A stretch of DNA of 58,557 bases, filler included, from Squatina squatina (Eukaryota), in assembly GCA_031763465.1 (NCBI GenBank). It is 4 parts of 4 records of this genome, joined end to end, with 100 filler letters (N's around TTAATTAATTAA, not from the genome) between each part and the next. Parts side by side here need not be neighbours in the genome. Positions count along the whole stretch, not along the records: positions 1 to 13,990 come from JARFOE010000162.1; positions 14,091 to 29,549 come from JARFOE010000003.1; 2 more parts are not named here. One strand, written 5' to 3'. A model generated the notes under the pieces. It was not told the DNA's origin. It was given only the letters and a program-made list of their open reading frames with translations, and made no database searches. This document shows, one piece after another, positions 12,331 to 22,889 of this stretch. Both the position numbers and the translations under genes were made by a program. Each line of letters opens with the position of its first letter. Position 1 is the stretch's first letter.

Positions 12331-13865
12331 ACNNNNNNNNNNNNNNNNNNNNNNNNNNNNNNNNNNNNNNNNNNNNNNNNNNNNNNNNNNNNNNNNNNNN
12401 NNNNNNNNNNNNNNNNNNNNNNNNNNNNNNNNNNNNNNNNNNNNNNNNNNNNNNNNNNNNNNNNNNNNNNNNNNNNNNNNNNNNNNNNNNNNNNNNNNNN
12501 NNNNNNNNNNNNNNNNNNNNNNNNNNNNNNNNNNNNNNNNNNNNNNNNNNNNNNNNNNNNNNNNNNNNNNNNNNNNNNNNNNNNNNNNNNNNNNNNNNNN
12601 NNNNNNNNNNNNNNNNNNNNNNNNNNNNNNNNNNNNNNNNNNNNNNNNNNNNNNNNNNNNNNNNNNNNNNNNNNNNNNNNNNNNNNNNNNNNNNNNNNNN
12701 NNNNNNNNNNNNNNNNNNNNNNNNNNNNNNNNNNNNNNNNNNNNNNNNNNNNNNNNNNNNNNNNNNNNNNNNNNNNNNNNNNNNNNNNNNNNNNNNNNNN
12801 NNNNNNNNNNNNNNNNNNNNNNNNNNNNNNNNNNNNNNNNNNNNNNNNNNNNNNNNNNNNNNNNNNNNNNNNNNNNNNNNNNNNNNNNNNNNNNNNNNNN
12901 NNNNNNNNNNNNNNNNNNNNNNNNNNNNNNNNNNNNNNNNNNNNNNNNNNNNNNNTCCACTATATTGTGTTGCGGTTTCATTCAATATGATATGAAGGTT
13001 CGAATCTTACACGCAATGTGATCAACAGGATTTATTGAGCTTTTTGGAACAAAGGTCAGTATTGTAATCAAGACAAAAGTTCACTTTTCGTGTGGCACCA
13101 TTAAAAAGGTTCTGCCATAAAGTGAGAGATTGGTCAGAAAAAATTCCTAGTGTCTGGTTGGTAGTTCTGATACTACACTTGCACAGAAAATGTTCTTCAG
13201 AGTTAATCCAGAATGGGTTTTATTGTGGAGTGGACATGGCAGTGAAAAAAAAAAACAAGAATTACCAGTATCAAACTGGAGTAGAAACCCATACTTATGC
13301 GCATGAGGTTCATACTAATTTATGAATAAAATAGATTGGTTGTATCGGTGTGACACTGGATAGAGTTTTTAGATCTCTCTCACATCACTCTAGGTAATGA
13401 AGGGCATAAAGGTGGTGGCATAAATTTATCTCATTGACAACCTTGTTTTACACCTGTGCAGTTTAATACCACCAACCCTAATTGGTACATAGATTGAAAC
13501 CAGTAGAGCCACTGCAGGTGGCATCTAGATGCTACTGAACCTCTGTCTCTTCACTGGTACCCCGCATAAGTCTACCACAGTGCTACACTTGATCCGACAG
13601 AAACATTACTAACTGTAGGCTTGTACCTGAGTCACTGCAGGTGTCACTCTAAAGACTACAAAAGATGGTGCATAACCAGAGCGGGCCCACCAGAATCATT
13701 CAATGTACCATTGTAGACATTGCAGACTTCAGATGGGATTACCTGGTTAAGAATTTAAATGGATAATACCATGGATTAACATCTTGAAGTCAGACAACCA
13801 AGGTTGCTCTGAGAGCCATTGTAAATGTAGTAGATATTGAACTGGGCTAAGTTGATCAAAAAGAA

Positions 13866-13990
13866 TTCAGTACATCACTCACCCAGTGAGGAAGGAGGCA
13901 CTGCTGGGTCAGGTTCTGGGGAATGAGGTGGGTCAGGTGGATCAAGTGTCAGTAGGGGAACATTTAGCAAACAGTGAAAATAGTATTACA
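13866..13990 (+). mobile_element. CR1 LINE endonuclease-domain fragment
   Basis: Translates QYITHPVRKEALLGQVLGNEVGQVDQVSVGEHLANSENSI, homologous to the VGEHLGKRDHSI segment of the CR1 at about 18600-18750. Confidence 0.75.
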
Positions 13991-14090
13991 NNNNNNNNNN
14001 NNNNNNNNNNNNNNNNNNNNNNNNNNNNNNNNNNTTAATTAATTAANNNNNNNNNNNNNNNNNNNNNNNNNNNNNNNNNNNNNNNNNNNN
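13991..14090. other. Artificial scaffold-joining spacer
   Basis: 44 N + TTAATTAATTAA (14035-14046; stops in all six frames) + 44 N. Identical spacers occur at 29550-29649 and 42871-42970. Confidence 0.95.
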
Positions 14091-14610
14091 CCCCCATCTC
14101 CATACCCCATGCTATTGTGACCTTTGGACTCACGTATTCCCGTGCTCTCCTAGCAGACATCCAACAATGCACCCTCTGTGATCTTCAGCTGCCCCAAATT
14201 TCAGATACCTCTCCCCTGTCCTGCCCATTCCCCATTTAGATTTCACTCGGGTGATGACTCGCCTGTTGTGATTTCCAGTCCTCGAATGCCTCCAATTTAA
14301 AATTGTCATCCTCCTTTTCAAATATATTCCTGCCTCGCCTTTTGCTATCTCTGTAACCTCCTCCAGCCCTACAATGCTACTGTGCCATTGGCATTCTCCG
14401 TTACTCTGAATCTGGTCTCTTGTGCAGCCCCTTCCTTCACACCACCACTGGTGGCCGATGGTTCTCGTGTCTTGGTCCCCGTGCTCTGGCATTCACTCAC
14501 TGAACCCTTCCACATCTCCACCTCCCCGACCTCAAAAGTTACCTTTCCGCTCCCTTTTGATCACCTCCACTGGTCTATCCTATTTTTTTTGGAATCTATT
14601 GTCTGATTCT
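14091..14610 (+). mobile_element. L2-type LINE 3' end, degenerate (same family as 32760-33365)
   Basis: Aligns by eye with 32760-33365 (aatgcctc.atttaaaatt.tcatcct...ctatctctgtaac.tcctccagccc.acaa...tggtggccg). Confidence 0.65.
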
Positions 14611-15341
14611 GTCTCTGTGACGCAAAGTTTATCTCTGCTGCAGTCGATATTGAAAGCTGGTAAGGATGAAAGTCCTGACTACACGAGTTCCACTGCCGCA
14701 TCCTGAGTTTTGAAACTGGAGGGAGTATGTAAAAGAATGGTTTCAAATACTTCAATTAACCAGGGGTGTGGGGGAATGATTGGAGCAATTGGATTTTTCT
14801 CCATTATTATTGTTAGTCGACTCTTCTGACCAATAAATCAACAGTGGTTGATTCGATTAGTCCGTGTAATTTCTCAGACAGTTTATTAGCTGCTTCCCTC
14901 ACTTCAGATCCGTTCCTTCCTCCCATTTGAGTTCTGATTCGCAGCTAGTTCATATCTCAATAAATGACAAAATGTGACAGCAGGAAGTAATTGTGAGAAA
15001 CAAGTGTTTCGTGTTGTCAAGTCAGGACTCTGATGAAATATGGGTCACAAAAAGGCAGAGAAAACTAATACCATTAAACTACTGCAGGTTCTCAGTGACT
15101 CCTCACTTAAATAGAAACATACTCACTTTTAGTGTTTCATTTTCATCACGTTAGTTTCCCCTCAATGACTGAATCAAGATGTTTACCGAATATTGAGCCA
15201 TGGACCAGTACCCAATCCAGTGACTGCTTTCTGTGATCAAAATAACTGGGAGATCCTATCACTGAGCAGATCCTTTCCTTTGCATTCTCAGTGTTTGTGT
15301 TTCACTCCGCTCCTCAATATATTCATTATTATTCTTTACAG

Positions 15342-15513
15342 AAAGTCACTGAGCTCGCAGAGAAGGGAAACCGGGCGGACAGTTCCAAACTGCTCCTAAA
15401 TCTGGTGATGGAGAAAGGCCCTCAGGCCCAAAGAGTGATGTGGGAATCCTTTGAGAAAATGTGCCATACATTACCGAAATTGGACAAAATACTGAAAGAA
15501 ATACAGGAACTTG
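15342..15513 (+). CDS. NLR N-terminal (probably death-fold/CARD-like) exon, copy 1
   Basis: AG at 15340-15341, GT at 15514. Translates KVTELAEKGNRADSSKLLLNLVMEKGPQAQRVMWESFEKMCHTLPKLDKILKEIQEL. Paralogous to 25513-25684, which lies upstream of a NACHT exon. Confidence 0.8.
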
Positions 15514-15620
15514 GTACGTTAAATCAAACACGGCATTCAATTTCAGGTTCAAACAATGCAGATTTTACAATAATATTGCAGAGATCTAATTTCATGAAAC
15601 ATAATTGATTTACCAAACAG

Positions 15621-15686
15621 GTTCTGATCCATTTGATGACCTGACAATTGCACAAGGTTTATCTGAAGTACCGTGTCAACTGAAAG
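15621..15686 (+). CDS. NLR linker exon (66 nt), copy 1, ending in a GC donor
   Basis: CAG acceptor at 15618-15620. Translates (G)SDPFDDLTIAQGLSEVPCQLK, followed by GCAAGT. Same length and phase as 25790-25855. Confidence 0.7.
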
Positions 15687-15920
15687 GCAAGTGAGAAAAT
15701 GGAGATTTCTAACAATTTACTTGAAATCTGAAACTAAGAATATTTGACAGTAGCCGTTTAAAGATTGTCAGAATCTTGGAATCAGAAGTTCTGAGGCTGA
15801 GGGAAAGTGAAGAAATGTGTATTTGGATTTATTATCAAAACTATAAATATGTGAAATTGCATTATTACACTTAATCCAGCTTCTGACCACAATCATTTTG
15901 AAGCATTATACACATCTGTT

Positions 15921-16089
15921 AGGATCCTTATACACTGTGAAACCACAGAAACCCCTGGCAGGATCCTGATACACTGAAACCCCAGACACACCTGACAGGA
16001 TCCTGATACACTGAAACCCCAGACACACCTGACAGGATCCTGATACACTGTGAAACCCCAGACACACCTGGCAGGATCCTGATACATTG
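15921..16089 (+). repeat. Minisatellite of 37/39-bp units (copy 1), running into a gap
   Basis: Unit caggatcctgatacactg(tg)aaaccccagacacacctgg; ggatcc recurs at 15922, 15961, 15998, 16035 and 16074. Confidence 0.92.
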
Positions 16090-16189
16090 NNNNNNNNNNN
16101 NNNNNNNNNNNNNNNNNNNNNNNNNNNNNNNNNNNNNNNNNNNNNNNNNNNNNNNNNNNNNNNNNNNNNNNNNNNNNNNNNNNNNNNNN

Positions 16190-19100
16190 TCGACCAACGT
16201 AACTGAAGTCCCTCATTCCTGGAATCATTCTCGGAAACCTTTCCTGCACCTTCTCTAAGGCCTTCACATCCTTCCTAAAATGTGGAGCGCAGAATTGGCT
16301 CCGGTTCTCCAGTTGGGGCCAAACCAGTGTTTTATTCAGGTTCATCATAATTTCCACAATGTTTGAATTCTATAACTCTATATATGAAGCCCCACATCCC
16401 ATAAAACTTTGCAACTGCTTTCTCAATCTGCCCTGCCACCTTCAATGATTTGTGCACACATAACCGCAGGTGTCTGTTCGTGCACCCCCTTTAGTATTGT
16501 ACCATTTAGTTTATGTGTCCTCTCCTCATCCTTTCTATCTTCACACTTTTCTCCGTTAAATTTCGTCTGCCACGGTTCTGCCCATTTCACCAGCCTGTCT
16601 GTGTCTTCTGAAGTCTATAACTCAGCTTCTCACTACACTTTCAAGTTTTGTGTCATCTGTAAATTTTGAAATTGTGCCCTGTACACCCACATCCAAGCCA
16701 TTATTATAGTATATATCAAGAAAAGCAGTGGTCTTCGAACCGACCCCTGGGAAACATCACTGAATGGCTTCTTCCATTCCACGAAACACCCATTCCCCCA
16801 ATACTCTCTATTTCCTGTCACTGAGCCAATTTCATAACCATGCTGCCACTGTCCCTTTTATTCCATGGCCTTCAACTTTGCTGGCAAGCCTATTATGTGG
16901 CACTTTGTTGAACGCCATTTGTAAATCCATATACACTACGTGAACCGTATTACACACATCAACCCTATTACCACATTAAAAAAACTTGATCAATTTGGTT
17001 AAACGAGATTTCCCTTTAACAAATCCGTGCTGGCTTTCCTTAATTAATTCACACCTATCCAATTGTCTGTTAATTTTAGAAATTTACAGCATGGAAGGAG
17101 CTCATTCGGCTCATTGTGTCCAACCGGCCGACAAAGAGCTATCCAGCCTAATCCCACTTTCCAGCTCTTGGTCCATTGCCTTGTGGGTCATGGCACTTAA
17201 AGTACACGTCCAAGTACCCTTTCAGTATTCTGAGGGTTTCTGCCTCTACCACCCTTTCAGGCCGTGAATTCCGGAGCCTCACCACAGTCCGCGTGAAAAA
17301 ATTCCCCTCAAATCCCCTCCACATCTCCGACCTCTTGCCATAATCTATGCCCCCTAACTATTGACCCCTCAGCCTAGGGGAGTAAGGCATTCCTATGCAC
17401 TCTATCTGGACCCTTCATAATTTTATACACCTCAATTAGGTCTCCCCTCAGCCTCTTCTGTTCCAAAGAAAACAATCCCAGCCTAAGTAATCTTTCATCA
17501 CAAGTGAAATTCTCTCGCCCAGCAACATCCTCAAATCTCTTGTGTACCATTACATCTTTCCTATAATGCAGTGACCAGAACTGCAGGCAGTACTCCAGCT
17601 GTGGCCTAACTAGTGTTTCATACAGTTCCAGCATAACCGCCCTGCTCTTAAATTCTATGCCTCTACTAAGAAAGGCAAATATTGTGTATGTCTTCTTGAC
17701 TACCTTATCTAGCTGTCCTAATTTTGTCCCTGATTACTGTTTCTAAAAGCTTCCCCACTACTCCAGTTAAACTTACTGGCCTGTAGTTGCTGGGTTTATC
17801 TTTACACCCTTTTTTGAGCAAAGATGTAACATTTACCATTCTCCAGTCCTCTGGCACCAGACCCATGTCTATGGAGGATTGGAATATTATGGCCCGCATA
17901 TCTGCAATTTCAACCCTTACTTCGCTCTGCATGCTGGGATGCATCCCATCCACTCCTGGTGATTTATCTACTTTAAATGTAAATCTACCTCTATCCATTT
18001 TTATCCTACAAAGTGTCTCCATTACCTCCTCCTTCACTATGTCTATGACAGCATCCTCTTCCTCGGTGGAGACACAGACAAAGTATTCATTTAGTACATC
18101 AGCCACACCCTCTGCCTCCATGCATAGGTCTCCTTTTTAGTCCCTAATCAGCCAAACCCATCCTCTTACTAATCTTTCACTATTTCTGTGCCGACAGAAA
18201 ACTTTGGGATTACCTTTTATGTTGGCTGCCATTCTATTCTCACATCCTCTCTTTGCCACTCCTTATTTTCTTTTTCACTTCCCCTCTGACCTTTCCATAC
18301 AGACTGATTCTCAGGTATCTTTGCAACCTGACATCTGTCATACGTGCTCTTTTTCTGCTTCATTATATTCTCTATCTGTTTCGTCTAGGGTGCCCTGACT
18401 TTAGTTGCCCTGCCTTTCCATGAGTCAATGTACCTCAGCTGTACCTGAATGATTTCCTCTTTAAAGGCAGCCCATTGTTCCATGACAGTTTTGCCGGCCG
18501 ATCTTTGATTCCAGCCGAACAGACGAGTTCCATTCTCATGCCACTGAAATTGGTCTTCATGCAGTTAAACACTTTTGCTCCAGATTGCACCTTTTCCATA
18601 GCTAATCCAAACCTTGTGATACTATGATCTCTTTTTCCTAAATGTTCACCTACTGACAGTTGCTCCATTTGCCCTCCTCCTTCCCCAGAACCAGATCCAG
18701 CAATGCCTCCTCCCTCAATGGGCCAGAAACTTACTGATCAACAAAGTTCTTCTGAACACACTTCAGAAATTCTTCCCCTTCTCTGCCCTTTACACTGTTA
18801 CGATCCCAGTCTATATATTGGGATAGTTGAAGTCCCCCATTAATCCGCAGCTCTCTGTAATTTCTGTGCAAATTTGCTCTTCCATATCTTTCCCACCATT
18901 TGGTCTGTAGAATACACCTAGTTGTGTAATGGTTCCTCTATTATTTCTTAACTCTACCCATAAAGATTCTGTCCTTGATCCCTCCATGACATCCTCCCTC
19001 TAGCACTAATATTCTCCCTAACTGCCACAGTACCTACTGTCTTTCCTTCCCTATCTTTCCTGAACACGTTATAACCAGAAATATTTAATACCCGATCTTG

Positions 19101-19810
19101 GCCAGTTTTGATCCAGGCCTCTTATTATCACATCATATTTCCATGTGATTATTTGTGCCTGCAGCTCACTTACCTTGTTTATTCCACTTTTTACATTCAC
19201 ATACATACACTCTAAACCCATCTTAGACCATCCTATATTCTCTCCACCTAACACCTTATTCTCTTATTTTGTGCTCTCTCCCTCTTCCAATCCCTTGAGC
19301 ACTTTATTTCTCCTTTCTAATGTTACATCCTATTTCCCACCCCACTGCCATTCCAGTTTAAACCCTTCCCAACAGCAGTAGCAAATCCCCCCACGAGGAT
19401 ATTGGTTCCAGCTCTGTTGAGGTGTAACCCATCCGGCTTGTAAAGGTCCCACCTCCCCCAGAACCGGATCCAATGCCCCGGGAATCTGCATCCCTCCCTC
19501 CTGCATCTTCCCTCCAGCCACACATTCATCTGTGCTATCCCATTTCTACGCTCAATCGCTTGTGGGATCGTGAGTAATCCGGAGGTCATTACCTTTTGAG
19601 GTCCTGATTTTTATTCTCTTCGCTGGCTGGCTGAAATCTGCCTGCAGGACCTCATCCCTCTTTCTAACTATCATATTGGCACCAATATGGATCACAATCT
19701 CTGGCTGTTCACCCTTTTCCCTCAATGTTCTGCAGTCGCTCAGAGACATCCTTAACTCTGGCACCAGGAGGGCAACATATCATACTGGAGTCATGTCTGC
19801 GGCCGCAGAA
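16190..19810 (-). mobile_element. Long decayed CR1 LINE: SGNH-esterase ORF1, endonuclease and RT ORF2
   Basis: ORF1 pieces GEQPEIVIHIGAN and FWGRWDLYKPDGLHLNRAGTNIL (19323-19760). Endonuclease start LECMYVNVKS...WKYDVI (about 19130-19220). RT pieces PEDWRMVNVTSLLKKG...NYRPVSLTGVVGKLLE (17726-17900), SQHGFVKG (about 17010-17040), VSQGSV..PLLFLIY (about 16710-16760) and the C-terminus (16190-16357). Many stops and frameshifts. Confidence 0.9.
17078..17718 (-). mobile_element. 5'-truncated CR1 nested in the RT of the older CR1
   Basis: Encodes an RT C-terminus (LYETLVRPQLEYCLQFWS...LRGDLIEVYKIM) plus tail. Flanked by a 7-bp duplication TAATTTT (17071-17077 and 17719-17725). The host RT reads IRDKI/NRQLD across the insertion. 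Confidence 0.85.
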
Positions 19811-20222
19811 GCGCCTGCCTGCTCCCCGAACTATTGAATTCCTGCCACTATTGCCCTCGCACTATTCTTCCTCTCCATCCCGCCCCCACGTACAGCTGAA
19901 CCCCATGGGCATCACTGGCATGACCAACATCTATTGTCCATCCCTATTTGCCCTTGGGACGGTGCGGCTGAACTTCCTGAACCACTACGTTCTCTGTGGT
20001 AAAGGTACCCCAACAGTCGTGTTTGGTAGGCAGTTCCAGGACTTTGACCCAGCGATGATGAAGGAATGGCGATTATATGTTGAAGTCAGGATCGTGTGTG
20101 GCTTGGAGGTGGTGGTGTTCCCATGCGCTTGCTAAAATTGTCCTTCTAGGTGATGGTAGTCGTGAATTTGGGAGGTGCTGTCGAGGAATCCTTGGCGAAC
20201 TGCTGCAGTGCATTCTGCAGAT

Positions 20223-22032
20223 CAGGAGTTCGCAACCTTTTTTGCTTCCGAGGGCCCCCGTCCCATTTACAGAAATTCCACGGGCATCCTGTAACGCAAG
20301 TATTTTCTCTGGATAAAATTAGTTATTAATAGCTGTATTACACCTTGCATCAGGAGGAATTTATTAATTCCTAAATTTACATAAGTAAAATACTGTGCGT
20401 CCTGGAAATACTCAGCAGATTAAGAAGCGTCAGTGAAGAGAGAGACAGAACAAAGGTCATTGACCTGAAACATGAACTCTTGTTTCTTTCTCCACGGACA
20501 CTGCCGCTCCTCCATTTCTCTCCACGGGCACCGCCGCTACTCGATTTCGGGAACAGAACTTCCATATTATTTCGCTACCAAACCCCAACACGGCAGTGAA
20601 AGCCAGTGACTTGAATTAACAGCACCAGTAATGGCAGATGCTGATGGTGCATCAGAAAAATGGAGAAATAAACAGGGCCCGAAGCGGCTTTACCCACCCG
20701 ACCTCATCGCCATAAACCCTTTAGTGACTAAGGCGGTCCCTCTCTTTCCTCCTCCCCAACCCTTTCACAAACAACCAGCGGTATCTCAAAGGATACGAGT
20801 GCCCAGACTAGGACTCTCCATCAGTCAGAGAAGCAGCTGGCCATGAATATAACGCTCAGCGTCTGATGCACGAGGGAAATTATGATAATGACTTCAGCTA
20901 TTTAATAAGACAAACTGAAGACATTGAAGAGAGTCACACCAGATGCCGATTATTGTGGCCTTGCCTTCCATTCACCCCGCCCCGCCTTTCCCAGTCCACA
21001 TGGCGCATGAGCGCACTCTCCATTGATGGCGCTCGTTTCAAATTCGCAAGCGGCTTCCAACCAATACTGGGCGGATCCACACGTGAGGAAAGAAGGAGGT
21101 TGAAAGGAAGGCTCGTGCTACCTCGGCCTGCGCAACGCTGCACTAACTCGTGGAATTTTGCCGCCGCCCCCGCAAACTCGAGACTTAATTCCCTGGAAGA
21201 GAAGTAAGTTATAACTTCTACTATTTTACTTAATAGTTAAAATTAATTCCTGGGATGGGGGGGATTGTCCTGTGAGAGATTGAGGAGACAAGGCCTATTT
21301 TTTCTAGAGTCGAGAAGAACAACAGACGACGCCATTGAAACATACAACATTCTTACAGTGCTTGACAGGGTAGATGCTGGGAGGATGGTTCCCCCGGCTC
21401 GGGAGTCTAGAACCAGGGGTCACAGTCTCAGAATAAGGGGCCAGCCATTTAGAACTGAGATGCGGAGAAATTTCTTCATTGAGGGTGCTGAATCTTTGGA
21501 ATTCCCAGAGGCAAGTGGAGGTTCGGTTGTTGAGTATGTTTGAGACAGATCGATATATTTTTGGATATTAAGGGAATCCAGGGGGTTGGGATAGTGCCAG
21601 AAAGTGGAGTTGAGGTAGATGATCAGCCATGATCTCATTGAATGGGGCAACAGACTCGAGGGGCCGAATGGCCTACTCCCCACTCCTATTTCATATGTTC
21701 TTGTGCTCTTAATCGTGGTGGTTTATGAACGTGGAAGCGATTAGGGCTGGATCAACAAAAAAAACTTAGTGAGATGAATACGGCTGTAAGTCAGTGATGC
21801 AAAGGGACTTTTCTCACCTAACATGGCGTCCAACAGTAAGAACCCGCGTTGACTGCGCATGCAGTCACTAGATCACTGAGACTATTGAACCAGTCTCAAT
21901 ATACAGGTGAGATTACTGATGTTTATTCCATGAGCATATGTCGTCTCCCTCTCCCTGTATTTTGATGTGACAAAGCAACTGGCGGACCCCCTGAAATCTT
22001 TAGGGTCCCTGGAACTCTGGTTTAAAACCCTG
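20223..22032. mobile_element. Non-autonomous hAT (Charlie-like) element of about 1.8 kb with internal cargo
   Basis: Terminal inverted repeats caggagttcgcaacc (20223) and ggtttaaaaccctg (ending 22032), with subterminal gggccccc/ggaccccc motifs. The host LINE breaks at 20222 and resumes about 9 nt after 22032. Confidence 0.65.
20960..21209 (+). promoter_or_regulatory. CpG-rich promoter-like segment with a candidate 5' splice donor
   Basis: GC boxes (ccccgccccgcc, gggcgg), CCAAT at 21061, atggcg and gcgcatgagc motifs, and GTAAGT at 21204-21209, in an otherwise CpG-poor window. Confidence 0.4.
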
Positions 22033-22733
22033 GCTCTGGGTGGTAGAGACTGTAGCCCTGGTGCACCAGTGAAGGAGATACTGGATGTTTAAGCTGGTGG
22101 ATGGGCTGCTGATCAAGTAGATTGCTTTGGACTGGATCATGTAGATCAGCCTTGCCGCTGCACCCTTCCAGGCAAATGGGGAGTATTCGATTTCAGGGCT
22201 GAACTTTGCATTATCCATGCTGGAGAGGCTTTGGGGAGCCTGGAAGTGAGCCACTCTCCGCAGATACTCAACTTCTGACCTGCTCCTATAGCCACTGCAC
22301 TTATGTGGCTTGTCTAGTTAAGTTTCTAGTCAATGGTTACACCCAGGATGTTGATGGTGAGGGATCAGTGACGGTGATGCCATTGATTTACACGGGGAGG
22401 TGCTGAGACTCTCCTGTTGGAGAAGGATATTATTGCTTGGTACTTGTGTGGCACAAATGTTACTTATCAATTCTCAACCCAAGCCTGGGTGTTGTCTGGG
22501 TCTTGCTGCAGACAGGCATAACTGCTTCCTTATTTGAGGATTTACGAATGGACATGAACTGTGCAATCATCAGGGAACAGCTCCATTTCTAACTTGACAA
22601 TGGAGGGCAGATCATTGATTAAACAGCTGAAGATAGTTCGGCCTAAGACACTGTCCTGAGCAATTCTTGCAGTGATGACCTGGGGCTGAGATGATTGGCC
22701 TCTAATTAAATCTTACTTTGCGTTAATTATGAT

Positions 22734-22889
22734 CAATGTTCTCAATAAGGTGCGCAGCCAAGCAGGGAACCTGTGCAACCAGCTTGCCAGAATTTGAAGG
22801 TAAAAATCAGGCATGCCTGGTATTTTGAATGGCCCACGCAGCCCTTTAAAGGGGCTGTGAAGGCCCTCCCAAAAATACAGGGAACATCG
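22734..22889. mobile_element. Small MITE (hAT-like termini) inserted in the LINE
   Basis: Termini caatgttctc and gggaacatcg are inverted repeats. Internal imperfect palindrome cagccctttaaaggggctg. Confidence 0.55.

Noticed and set aside
12253-12995. Long ORFs of 218-245 aa in the ORF track
   Set aside because: They consist almost entirely of N-gap translation. The same applies to the other X-containing ORFs.
14035-14046. TTAATTAATTAA as a biological motif (piggyBac target or homeobox site)
   Set aside because: It is centred in symmetric N runs three times, so it is a synthetic six-frame stop linker.
15921-16089. 37/39-bp repeats (also 26110-26447) as a CRISPR array
   Set aside because: The units are head-to-tail with no unique spacers, there are no cas genes, and the context is a vertebrate intron.
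20866-21207. 113-aa ORF in the CpG-rich segment
   Set aside because: No recognisable domain. Open frames are expected in GC-rich DNA, and a regulatory or leader interpretation fits better.
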